This document shows positions 1 to 8,580 of a DNA stretch of 64,000 nucleotides, one piece after another; position 1 is the first letter of the stretch; every line of letters begins with the position of its first letter. A program made the translations under genes and the position numbers. The stretch comes from a virus, in the IMG/VR virus record IMGVR_UViG_3300027833_000035, positions 8,896-72,895 of that record. The stretch is one strand, 5' to 3'. The notes below the pieces were generated by a model. That model was not told the DNA's origin and did no database searches. It was given only the letters and a program-made list of their open reading frames with translations.

Positions 1-690
1 TGCAGTTTGAGCATCAGCAGCTTTTTTAAGCTCAACATTCTCAACAATCGCTTTATTAGCGTCTGCTTTTAATGTTTCAATTTCTTCTTCCAAGCCAGCA
101 ACAACGTCTAGAGTTTCCTCATCAACATCAATGTTGTGCTCTTCGAATAGGCCTTTAAGACCATCCATTAACGACTCCGCCATTTCTACCTTAATACCGG
201 CTTCAATAGCAATTTCGTTTTCTGACATCCACTCTTCTACAACGTAGTCAAGATATGAGTCAAGATTTTCTAACATCTGTTCAACTGATTCATCAAGTGC
301 AGTTTGCATTGATGTTTCTAAAACTTCTGTTTTCTCAACGATAACTGCATCAGCTTTTACTGTTGCCGCTTCGTTAACCGCAGCTTCGAATACCATAGTT
401 GCTTTAGCTGTAAATTCTTCTGACAAATCCATGCCTTCGAAAATAGTCGCGATTGACTCTGCTACTTCAATTACTTCTTCTACGATTTCATCAGTTTCTA
501 CTTCTGACTCTTCCGCTTGCATTGGTGCTGGTGCAACTTTATCGGCTGTTGGATCAACCTTTTTGTTTACATCAGCTTTCTTCTTTTTATGTACGCCGCC
601 TGCTGGTGTAGCAGGATCCATAATTTCTGCAGCAGGTACACCTGCTCCGCCAGATTTTTCGACGAACTTTTCGTCTAAGTCATTTGACAT
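1..690 (-). CDS. gp22: Prohead core scaffold protein (T4 gp22-like), runs off the window start
   Basis: Not in the ORF track; I translated it from ATG at 690: MSNDLDEKFVEKSGG...IFEGMDLSEEFTAKATMVFEAAV...DSYLDYVVEEWMSENEIAIEAGIKVEMAESLMDGLKGLFEEHNI. These are gp22-type motifs. AGGAG SD upstream; lies directly after gp21. Confidence 0.92.
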   Translation of the reverse strand, partial: MSNDLDEKFVEKSGGAGVPAAEIMDPATPAGGVHKKKKADVNKKVDPTADKVAPAPMQAEESEVETDEIVEEVIEVAESIATIFEGMDLSEEFTAKATMVFEAAVNEAATVKADAVIVEKTEVLETSMQTALDESVEQMLENLDSYLDYVVEEWMSENEIAIEAGIKVEMAESLMDGLKGLFEEHNIDVDEETLDVVAGLEEEIETLKADANKAIVENVELKKAADAQTA

Positions 691-730
691 ATGTTCTACT
701 CCTTTTATTAGATACTTTTTATCTAAGTAT

Positions 731-738
731 TATTTATA
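731..738 (-). promoter_or_regulatory. T4-type late promoter TATAAATA upstream of gp22
   Basis: Exact TATAAATA on the minus strand (tatttata on plus), 40 nt upstream of the ATG. Confidence 0.75.
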
Positions 739-744
739 ATAATA

Positions 745-1443
745 TTATTTTTCAGCTTTTCTAAGTGAGTTCACAAAACGCTCGAATAATTCAGACGCGG
801 TGCCTTCATCAATTTTAGTGACAACTCGTCTGATTTGCTTTTCTACTACTTGTTGTATTTCTTCAATAACCTGTTCAATAGGTTCCTGAGCAATCCAGTT
901 ACCTGAGGCTATATCGTAATAGTATTCAGCATTCTCCATAATACCATTTACAAAACATTGTGGTCCGGATGGGTCAGTTACGATGTCGACTGTGGCTAAG
1001 TGAAAGTCATTTTGTACTTCCATAATTCCTTGCGCCGTTGCTTTAACTGAACCTAATCCGCGGGTAGATACACCGATCTTAACACCCTCGTCCATAAATG
1101 TTTTGACTATCTCACCCATTGGTGTACCAAGAATTTTGGCTTTACCAGTAAAGTTTGATCCCTCTCGTTTCATCTCTGTAATAAGATGAGACACACGATC
1201 GCCATTAATTGTAGGTCCGTCTGGGTGACCTAATTCTCCTAGCGCTCGCTTTGTTTCTACAAAATCAGAATTATATCTGATCATTTCTTTTTCTAAAATC
1301 TGCGACGGATAAATTCTTCCGTTGCGGTTTTTAATATCACCTTGCATAAAGATACCTTCGATGAAATGAGTTTTCTTACCCGTTTCTTCGTTCATTTCTA
1401 CAGCAACGTTACATTCTTCTACAACTTCTGTTATTAATCTCAT
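745..1443 (-). CDS. gp21: Prohead core protease (T4 gp21-like)
   Basis: FIEGIFMQGDIKNRNGRIYP, ALGELGHP, GVSTRGLGS and DIVTDPS motifs; synteny. Confidence 0.96.
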   Translation of the reverse strand: MRLITEVVEECNVAVEMNEETGKKTHFIEGIFMQGDIKNRNGRIYPSQILEKEMIRYNSDFVETKRALGELGHPDGPTINGDRVSHLITEMKREGSNFTGKAKILGTPMGEIVKTFMDEGVKIGVSTRGLGSVKATAQGIMEVQNDFHLATVDIVTDPSGPQCFVNGIMENAEYYYDIASGNWIAQEPIEQVIEEIQQVVEKQIRRVVTKIDEGTASELFERFVNSLRKAEK

Positions 1444-1466
1444 ATCCTAGATCCTTTAGTTTTTTT

Positions 1467-1474
1467 TATTTATA
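1467..1474 (-). promoter_or_regulatory. T4-type late promoter upstream of gp21
   Basis: Exact TATAAATA on the minus strand, overlapping the upstream stop codon. Confidence 0.65.
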
Positions 1475-2348
1475 ACGCTTCACGGGCAAATCCAACGATT
1501 TCTTTAAACCCTGCTTCGTCTTTCATCATTACCTTTTCCATATCTCTACGGTTTTTAGCATTAAGGTTTTTATAAAAGTCGTTTAAAAGTTTAGCATCTT
1601 GTTTGGACACCTTTGCATTTTTACCATTCTTTAATTTCAAGTTACCCACTCTAATAGCTTCGTCTAATGTTCCAATAAAGCTTTCATTAGTTTTAATAAC
1701 ATCTTGGCCGCGATCGTCAGTTTTATTAGATCTAAGCTTTTTCATAACTGTACGTGTTTTACCATCTGGTCCTGTTTGAGTAACCATATGTTTCATCGCA
1801 GAGGAAGTCGTTTCAACTACGTCAACTTCCTCATTTGACTTTTTTCGCGTACGCATAATTGCGAAGTCGTGTCCGTCAATTTTCCCGTTTTTGTTATGGT
1901 CAAGTTTTTTCTGTTTACCTGATAAAGCTTCATTCCATTTAGCGAATGCTAAATCTGAAACCTTTTCGGAAACTTCTTCTTTTTTATCCCAAGGAGCTTT
2001 AGCTAGAGTAACTTTTTTCTTGCCTTCTTTTGATGCAGCAGTAGCTTTATCAAGTGCAGCCTGTGTAGCCATCTCTTTTGATTCGTTTGCTCTAAATTGG
2101 CTGAACTTACGACCTTTACGTAATACCGGCTCTTGATCTGGTTTATCACCATAAGCTTGATCGTAATTAGCATCGTCTTCTTGGTCAGCAGGACGTGCAG
2201 CTTTTGTCTTTCCAATATCACCACTGAATTGACTATCAGGTGCTACAGGATGTTGCCCAGGTTTTTGGTTGTGTTGATCTTTGAAAGCTTTTTCTTCCGA
2301 AGATTTCGGTTGAGCAACTTCGCTAAGGATATTCTTAAAACTTTTCAT
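1470..2348 (-). CDS. Putative prohead core/internal protein (position of T4 gp67/gp68)
   Basis: Lys/Glu-rich protein between portal and protease; contains the EF-hand-like loop DHNKNGKIDGHD. ATG at 2348 with AGGAG SD. Confidence 0.6.
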   Translation of the reverse strand: MKSFKNILSEVAQPKSSEEKAFKDQHNQKPGQHPVAPDSQFSGDIGKTKAARPADQEDDANYDQAYGDKPDQEPVLRKGRKFSQFRANESKEMATQAALDKATAASKEGKKKVTLAKAPWDKKEEVSEKVSDLAFAKWNEALSGKQKKLDHNKNGKIDGHDFAIMRTRKKSNEEVDVVETTSSAMKHMVTQTGPDGKTRTVMKKLRSNKTDDRGQDVIKTNESFIGTLDEAIRVGNLKLKNGKNAKVSKQDAKLLNDFYKNLNAKNRRDMEKVMMKDEAGFKEIVGFAREAL

Positions 2349-2375
2349 CACTTAACTCCTAATTTTGTTTGTATA

Positions 2376-2383
2376 TATTTATA
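2376..2383 (-). promoter_or_regulatory. T4-type late promoter
   Basis: Exact TATAAATA on the minus strand, in the gap after gp20. Confidence 0.7.
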
Positions 2384-2402
2384 TGAATTTGTTGTTCTCA
2401 TT

Positions 2403-3923
2403 TTATTCTTCTGCCTCTTCTGGAGGGTTTTCCTTGGCTTCAGCTTCAATTTGATCCTTCATGTCACCCATTTCTTCTTCTGACATGCGGAGAACATTGC
2501 GTAATACCCATTCTCTAGAATAGTATGTACCAACATGTTCTTCAACTTCACGTAGAGTACTGAGTCTTTCACGAGTAATTTCAGCTTCTTTAAGCTCTTG
2601 GAAATAGTTGTCTTGTACAAAATCATAACGAATGGCGTTTTTGATTTCTTTAAATTCTTCTGGCGTTAATATACCTTTAAGCACTAATTGTTTTTCAAGT
2701 AATGATGTAAAGATAGCTGTAAAACGCGATCTTATTCTTTTGATGAATTTACTAAATTTTAATTCATCACGAGTAATTTCTGAAACACGGCCAAACGAAT
2801 ACATTGTCTCTGGCTCTAAACGCGATAGCGGAACCTTTAAAGATTTGTATAGTTTACGTTGGAAGTATTGCATATTCGTATCATCTGTTAAACCACCAGC
2901 ATTTCCACCTGGCATAGTGTCAACTTCTGTTGTACGCTCACCACCACGTCGTGGGAACCAAAAGTCTTCGGTCATAGTCATCATTTTACGAGCATCATTG
3001 ATTTCTCCAGTAGATGAGTCATATTGTAGTTTGTTCTTATGACGAACCATCATATCTCTTATATACTGCTCAGCTTTTGATTTAGGTAAGTTGCCAACGT
3101 CAATGTAGAACACTCGTCTTTCAGGAGCTCGTGTAATAGTGTAAATAACTGTTGCATCTTCCAACATCCTTAACTGGTTGAGCGGTTTAATTGAAGGATG
3201 TAAATAAGATAATACTAATGAATTGTTTTCATTCATTACGCCTGAAGTAATTCTAGCGATAGAGTCCTTAGCAATCTTATATCCTTGAGCAGTACCACCA
3301 CTTGCTGAGCTCGATTTATTTGAGCCAAAACCTGTTTCAGAATACATATAATATTCTGCTTTTACTTTCTTAACTGGGATACCTGAATGTGGATCCTTTT
3401 CGCGTTTATCAACTTCACGGATGAGTTTTAGTTTGCGCGGATCTACATATCGTAATTCTTTAATCCCATCTGGGATATTATCCGGATCAATAATAACGTG
3501 ATAGTTTAAACGACCATCAACGTAGAATTTTTGAAACGTTTCATATGCTGTTGTAGAAAAATCTAATAATGATAATATGTTATCAAACTCTTCTATAACT
3601 ATTTTCTTAACTTTGTCTGGTAAATCTGTCTCGTCCAAAAGAACTTCAACAACTTTATCATCTGTATCTACACTAATCGCTTCGTTGATTACTTCGTCAA
3701 CAGCTTGTGCAATTTCTGGCTGGTGTGCTAAACCTCGGTATTTTGATACCAATTCTGATTCAGTTTTAGCAGTTCCTTCCATATCCAAGAGTGTACTATA
3801 GAAGCCACCCATTGCATTACCAACGGTGATAGCTCCATCGTCATTTTGAGGCTCAACAAAAGAGGAAGGTGTAAAACCCTCCTCTTCAGCGTCTCGTTTA
3901 ATATCAAAACCAAAAATCTTCAT
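2403..3923 (-). CDS. gp20: Portal vertex protein (T4 gp20-like)
   Basis: YVDGRLNYH, ELRYVDPRK, RAPERRVFYIDVGNLPKSKAEQY, EDFWFPRR and ITRDELKFSKFI motifs. Confidence 0.98.
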   Translation of the reverse strand: MKIFGFDIKRDAEEEGFTPSSFVEPQNDDGAITVGNAMGGFYSTLLDMEGTAKTESELVSKYRGLAHQPEIAQAVDEVINEAISVDTDDKVVEVLLDETDLPDKVKKIVIEEFDNILSLLDFSTTAYETFQKFYVDGRLNYHVIIDPDNIPDGIKELRYVDPRKLKLIREVDKREKDPHSGIPVKKVKAEYYMYSETGFGSNKSSSASGGTAQGYKIAKDSIARITSGVMNENNSLVLSYLHPSIKPLNQLRMLEDATVIYTITRAPERRVFYIDVGNLPKSKAEQYIRDMMVRHKNKLQYDSSTGEINDARKMMTMTEDFWFPRRGGERTTEVDTMPGGNAGGLTDDTNMQYFQRKLYKSLKVPLSRLEPETMYSFGRVSEITRDELKFSKFIKRIRSRFTAIFTSLLEKQLVLKGILTPEEFKEIKNAIRYDFVQDNYFQELKEAEITRERLSTLREVEEHVGTYYSREWVLRNVLRMSEEEMGDMKDQIEAEAKENPPEEAEE

Positions 3924-3942
3924 TTATTCACTTTCTCATTAT

Positions 3943-4476
3943 TTAAGTAGTTGGAATGCCGGTGTTACCCTCAACACGCCATAAGTCATATTGGAATGTT
4001 ACGTTGAATTCCTCAATCGTATCAGCTTGTCCCCAATCCATTTGGATACCGTCGATACCGACTGGATGCATGCCTTCAAAGATGTATGTTCTAAGAATTG
4101 AACCATCTTTACTAAACTGGGTAATTTGCCCAGTTGATTTATAGTCTTGTGGTAATGCTCTGGTGTTTGAGTCATGCGAGTTAATCGCGTTTGACCAAGC
4201 TTCCATTGCATTTCGTACTGCGAAATCTTCATCGTTGATTACGGTCACGGACCAATCTGCGAATGTTCTATCACCGGCATACTTGACCTGACGGCCGAAG
4301 TAAGGTACCACAAATTGCCCCACAGTGGATTCTGGGATGCCTGCTGAGCGTATCATAAACGGAGTTTTGATGTCAGCCTCTGGAGCAATTGGGTTAGTGA
4401 TTTGACATTGGAACAGGGTAGGACGTGCACCGCCACCGACGAGCTCTGATTTGAACTGGTTGATATTGAATGCCAT
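3943..4476 (-). CDS. gp19: Tail tube protein (T4 gp19-like)
   Basis: GGARPTLF, GRQVKYAGDRTFADWSVTVINDEDF and IEEFNVTFQYD motifs. Confidence 0.96.
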   Translation of the reverse strand: MAFNINQFKSELVGGGARPTLFQCQITNPIAPEADIKTPFMIRSAGIPESTVGQFVVPYFGRQVKYAGDRTFADWSVTVINDEDFAVRNAMEAWSNAINSHDSNTRALPQDYKSTGQITQFSKDGSILRTYIFEGMHPVGIDGIQMDWGQADTIEEFNVTFQYDLWRVEGNTGIPTT

Positions 4477-4507
4477 TTTGTTTCTCCTATTTTCTATTCT
4501 TATTTAT

Positions 4508-6460
4508 TTAAGTTAACTGACCGACAATTTCATCAAATTCAATACCGGTTCTAGTTGCAACGAATGTTAATTCGATTACGTTAATAGAACGAGCTGGTTT
4601 AATGAAGATGCTTGCGCGGAATTTATTTTGGTCAATTACCTCAGGAGTATTAACGGTTGAGTCACTGATTACTCGGTAATCAATAATACCACGTCTTCCT
4701 TGGATATCACGTAAGAATGGATCTACAATGTTTCTAAACTGTGTTTGAGTGAATTCGTCATTCAATTCAAACAAGAAGCTTTGAGCTGCAGTCGCAATTG
4801 ATTTTTCAACCGCAATAAACAACCTACGAACATTTAATCTATCAAACGCAGATGAAACACCTAATCCTGTTTTATCACCAAATAGTACAATACCTTGACC
4901 TACTTGTGATACAACTGGGTTGATGTCTGAGCCATACAATAAATCTCTCATTGCTTTGTTAGGGTTAAACGCTAACTTAACAACATTTTTGATTATACCT
5001 TTTCTAAAGCCAGCTGGTGATTCCCATGCTTCAACTCTAGCAGCCAAACCGGCCATATCACCGTTTAATGGTGTCCAACGATATACATCGTTATACTTAT
5101 CATAGCGGTATTTGTATCCAGAGTCAATGAATGTGTATGACGAATTTTGTACCTTGTTACGATATGCAATTGCATTAGTAAGTTTTGCATTTGTTTTTAG
5201 TTCGGTAACCACTGCTTCTTTAGATGGTGAGATAAACGCAACGCAATCTTTTCTTGTGTCACAGATATTAGAAACAATGTAGTTTGCTCTTACTGCAGCA
5301 TCATCACCTTTACCTTGTAATACGAACGCAATGTCGATTTCATTAGCACTTCTTAAAGTATCATATGCTGCGCCTAATTGAGCTAAGGTAGCTGTTTCTT
5401 CAGATAATGCAGTATTTCCATTAGGATTTCCACCTGAGAATGATTCATATTTAGCAATTGCCGTAGATGCAGTACCAATTGGAAGAGTGTTAGCGACTGA
5501 TACCCAAGATGAGAAGTTTTCAATCACTGTACCATAATAATTAGCGGTACCTTGTGGTGAAACTGCACCAACTGTTGTTGAAATGTTTTCGAATTTTTCT
5601 AGTATAAATCCTGCAGTACCAGAAATTTCTCCACCTGCGTCAATAACCGCTACGTGAATGTGGTTAGCGTCTGGCTTTTTGGAGAATGTTCCTCCATGTT
5701 GCCATTTCTTTTTCATTGATAGTGCAGCTAAGTCTGTTTCAGCTAATGTGTATTTGTTAAAGAACTCAATGTCATATGTACGTAGAGCTAAGAATGAAGT
5801 ATTTGCATCTCCTGGCGTTGCTTCAGCATTTACTTCTGTTTCTGTAAATGTCTTAATTCTCATTTCTTGGTAACCAACTGATTCATTACCAATTTCTAAT
5901 ACGTCGCCTGCAATTAAGTCTTGTAGGTTTTGAGTGTTAGCAGTTTCAAATTGAAGGATAGAAGAGTTAAATTCAATAACTTGATCTATTTGATTATTTG
6001 AAACTTTATTTGTTGGAATTCCTGCAACTGCAACGAATTCACTTTCAAAGCCTGTTGATGATACCCAAGCAACTTCTAATGAGTCACCAAGTCCACCTTT
6101 ATATTTAGCCTTGAATGCACCGTAATAACTATCGTCTGAGACGACATCGTTATTTGCATCAAGTGTGATGTCTAGTATTGTACTGTCAGCTTCAGTTGAA
6201 CCGTCGTCTGCACGAACAACATACAGTGCATTTGAGTACGATAAGTAATCTGCAGCTGTAAAAAATGTTTCGTAATTATCATCAGTAGGTGTTCCAAAAC
6301 GATCTACGAGTTGGTTTTCTGATGATAGCAATAATGGTTCGTTAGTCGGGCCCCACCTAAACACACCAGCTATAGCAGCAGGTGGATTTGAGATGGCTGG
6401 TACTGCCTGAGAAGCATCAACTTCCCGAACTATAACAGAGGGACTTACGGAAAAAGCCAT
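4508..6460 (-). CDS. gp18: Contractile tail sheath protein (T4 gp18-like)
   Basis: SPSVIVREVD, AGVFRWGP, YDKYND..RWTPLNGD, SPAGF, FDRLNVRRLF and IKPARSINVIELTFVATRTG motifs. Confidence 0.97.
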   Translation of the reverse strand: MAFSVSPSVIVREVDASQAVPAISNPPAAIAGVFRWGPTNEPLLLSSENQLVDRFGTPTDDNYETFFTAADYLSYSNALYVVRADDGSTEADSTILDITLDANNDVVSDDSYYGAFKAKYKGGLGDSLEVAWVSSTGFESEFVAVAGIPTNKVSNNQIDQVIEFNSSILQFETANTQNLQDLIAGDVLEIGNESVGYQEMRIKTFTETEVNAEATPGDANTSFLALRTYDIEFFNKYTLAETDLAALSMKKKWQHGGTFSKKPDANHIHVAVIDAGGEISGTAGFILEKFENISTTVGAVSPQGTANYYGTVIENFSSWVSVANTLPIGTASTAIAKYESFSGGNPNGNTALSEETATLAQLGAAYDTLRSANEIDIAFVLQGKGDDAAVRANYIVSNICDTRKDCVAFISPSKEAVVTELKTNAKLTNAIAYRNKVQNSSYTFIDSGYKYRYDKYNDVYRWTPLNGDMAGLAARVEAWESPAGFRKGIIKNVVKLAFNPNKAMRDLLYGSDINPVVSQVGQGIVLFGDKTGLGVSSAFDRLNVRRLFIAVEKSIATAAQSFLFELNDEFTQTQFRNIVDPFLRDIQGRRGIIDYRVISDSTVNTPEVIDQNKFRASIFIKPARSINVIELTFVATRTGIEFDEIVGQLT

Positions 6461-6522
6461 ATTTTTCTCCTTTATGTATTGAAAACGCGTTAATCTTGTT
6501 TTTTATATTTTCTTACTGTTGT

Positions 6523-6530
6523 TATTTATA
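6523..6530 (-). promoter_or_regulatory. T4-type late promoter upstream of gp18
   Basis: Exact TATAAATA on the minus strand in the gp17-gp18 gap. Confidence 0.75.
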
Positions 6531-6550
6531 AAAAATGGTATTCTATATAA

Positions 6551-8140
6551 TTACAGCACTAAGCCGTCATCTTCATAATAAAAATCTTCACCTGTATCGA
6601 CAAAGCCAAAAGGTAATAATTCTTCTTCAATTTGTTCTTCTGTCTTCTCTCGTAACTTAATAAGTGTATTTATGTCAGTCATATCTTTGAAATATGCCTG
6701 CTCAGTCATCCATGCAAACAAAACAAGGTTCATAACTAAATCGTCGTGGAATCCTGACTCTGCTTCGTATGAGTTTGCTTTTTTAGAAAAACGGCTAATT
6801 TCTTGTATAGTATCATAATCTTGTATAATAAGTTGGTTTTGTTCAATTAGCATTTTCAGCATGCTACATCCAACCGCCTTAACATTTTTAGTTGTTCTTA
6901 TTCCATTATCTACCTTTTTACCAAAACCGCCAGTAAGTATTTTACCAGCTCGGCCGTTGTTTGTAGTATATAATATATTTTCATAACCATAATCCATTAA
7001 GAGAACATCAGCAACCTGTTCTCCAATATCATTGACCTCAATCAAAATCCCAGCAGTATTATATATTTGTCCTATTCTGTGACAAACTGATGCAAAATCA
7101 ATTGGTCCTACCATGTTATCTCTAAACATTGCCACTTGTTTATATGGCATCTCTGTAATATCAATTACTGAAAAACATGAATAGTCTAAACCTTTACCGC
7201 GAGCAACATCGACCGTCATGCAATATTGTCTGTCTTTAATTGGCTTTTCGTATTGCATAAAGCCATCGTGTTGTGCTATTGGTGTTGCGTGTAATAATTC
7301 TTTTAATTTCCAACCCGCGATAAGAGTACCAGAACTACCTAGGAACTGACAACAATATTCTTGGTTGAATTTTTCTTCGTCGTGGTCTAATGCTTCGATT
7401 GTTTCCTTACGCCATTTTTCATCGCGACCCGGAACATCGTGCCACATAACTTCTTCGTATTCATAACCATTTGTACCTTCTCTTGCACCAGTACATGTTT
7501 TCCAAAAATGATTTAATCCATTTGGAGTAGAAGTCATTAAAAGTTTTGTTGACTCGCCAGACGAGATAGTAGGATAAACAGATGCGAAAAATTCGTCATA
7601 TCCTTCGATGAATGCAACCTCATCAAGGTATAGAAAATTAACAGACTTACCACGAATAGCACTTGACGACGTAGTACCAGCCAAAATTTGACAACCATTC
7701 TCAAGCGCAATGTTTCCTTTGTTCCATTCTTCAACTCCTTGCTGCAGCCATTTAGGTAACGATTCAAATGCAAGTTTGACTCGAGCCATTACTTCTCGGG
7801 CAGCATCACCCTTGTTAGCTAAGATAGCGACAGTTTTAAATTCATTAAACAAAACATAATGTAAAATAATAGCCATTGCAGTGGTTGTTTTACCAGACTG
7901 CCGAGCCGTTAAAACAGCCATACGTCTATTCTCGGTAATTTTTCGAGTAATGTTTTCTTGGTAATCATACATTTCAAATGGAACTAATCCCTTATCAACA
8001 TGTACAATTTTAATATAATTCTTGGCAAAATATATCGGATCTTGCGCACATTTCATATACTCTTTTAATAGGTCAGGAGACCATTCTATTTCTTCACCAA
8101 TCTTTTTAAGATGTTGGTTTCCTAAATAACCTTCACCCAT
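6551..8140 (-). CDS. gp17: Terminase large subunit (T4 gp17-like)
   Basis: Walker A ARQSGKTT, Walker B LYLDEVAF, STPNGLNHF, nuclease motifs DVARGKGLDYS and HDDLVM. Confidence 0.98.
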   Translation of the reverse strand: MGEGYLGNQHLKKIGEEIEWSPDLLKEYMKCAQDPIYFAKNYIKIVHVDKGLVPFEMYDYQENITRKITENRRMAVLTARQSGKTTTAMAIILHYVLFNEFKTVAILANKGDAAREVMARVKLAFESLPKWLQQGVEEWNKGNIALENGCQILAGTTSSSAIRGKSVNFLYLDEVAFIEGYDEFFASVYPTISSGESTKLLMTSTPNGLNHFWKTCTGAREGTNGYEYEEVMWHDVPGRDEKWRKETIEALDHDEEKFNQEYCCQFLGSSGTLIAGWKLKELLHATPIAQHDGFMQYEKPIKDRQYCMTVDVARGKGLDYSCFSVIDITEMPYKQVAMFRDNMVGPIDFASVCHRIGQIYNTAGILIEVNDIGEQVADVLLMDYGYENILYTTNNGRAGKILTGGFGKKVDNGIRTTKNVKAVGCSMLKMLIEQNQLIIQDYDTIQEISRFSKKANSYEAESGFHDDLVMNLVLFAWMTEQAYFKDMTDINTLIKLREKTEEQIEEELLPFGFVDTGEDFYYEDDGLVL

Positions 8141-8579
8141 TTTCAGTATCTTTCAACATTTTTAATAAATCAGCGGTGGATACAATCAAGTTATTATTTA
8201 CTGTGTTGGTTTGTGCAGCCTCTTTAGGTGCATTTATTTCTTCTTTAGCAAATTTCTTTTTAGTTGAAGCATCAGCAAAATCTTTATTTGCATCAAGTAA
8301 AGTTTTCATTAGAGTAGAAACAACCTCAAAGCTACGAGCTGATTCAGATTGTTTTGCAATCTCAAGCATTTCTCTTATTGCTTCATTTCCGATTTCAATA
8401 ACACCTTCTATATTTTCACGGACCTTAGCAAGGTCCTTAATGTTTTCGTCATCTTCATCGTTAGTTACTACGGCTGGAAGTATTTCTTCAACAATCTCAA
8501 CCGGCTTGGCAGCCAACTCTTCTTCTCTAATTTCTGAAAGCGGTCTCAGTCCAAGATTTTCAGCTATCTTATCATTCAT
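8133..8579 (-). CDS. gp16: Terminase small subunit (T4 gp16-like)
   Basis: ARSFEVVSTLMKTL and C-terminal NNNLIVSTADLLKML motifs; immediately upstream of gp17. Start placed at MNDKI. Confidence 0.88.
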   Translation of the reverse strand: MNDKIAENLGLRPLSEIREEELAAKPVEIVEEILPAVVTNDEDDENIKDLAKVRENIEGVIEIGNEAIREMLEIAKQSESARSFEVVSTLMKTLLDANKDFADASTKKKFAKEEINAPKEAAQTNTVNNNLIVSTADLLKMLKDTENG

Positions 8580-8580
8580 A

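Noticed and set aside
4500-4508. AATAAATA near-matches to the late promoter (also near 12482)
   Set aside because: They have one mismatch in very AT-rich DNA and cannot be distinguished from chance.
6551-8140. Intron, intein or homing endonuclease in the terminase or other core genes
   Set aside because: The reading frames are continuous and of normal length, with no such motifs.
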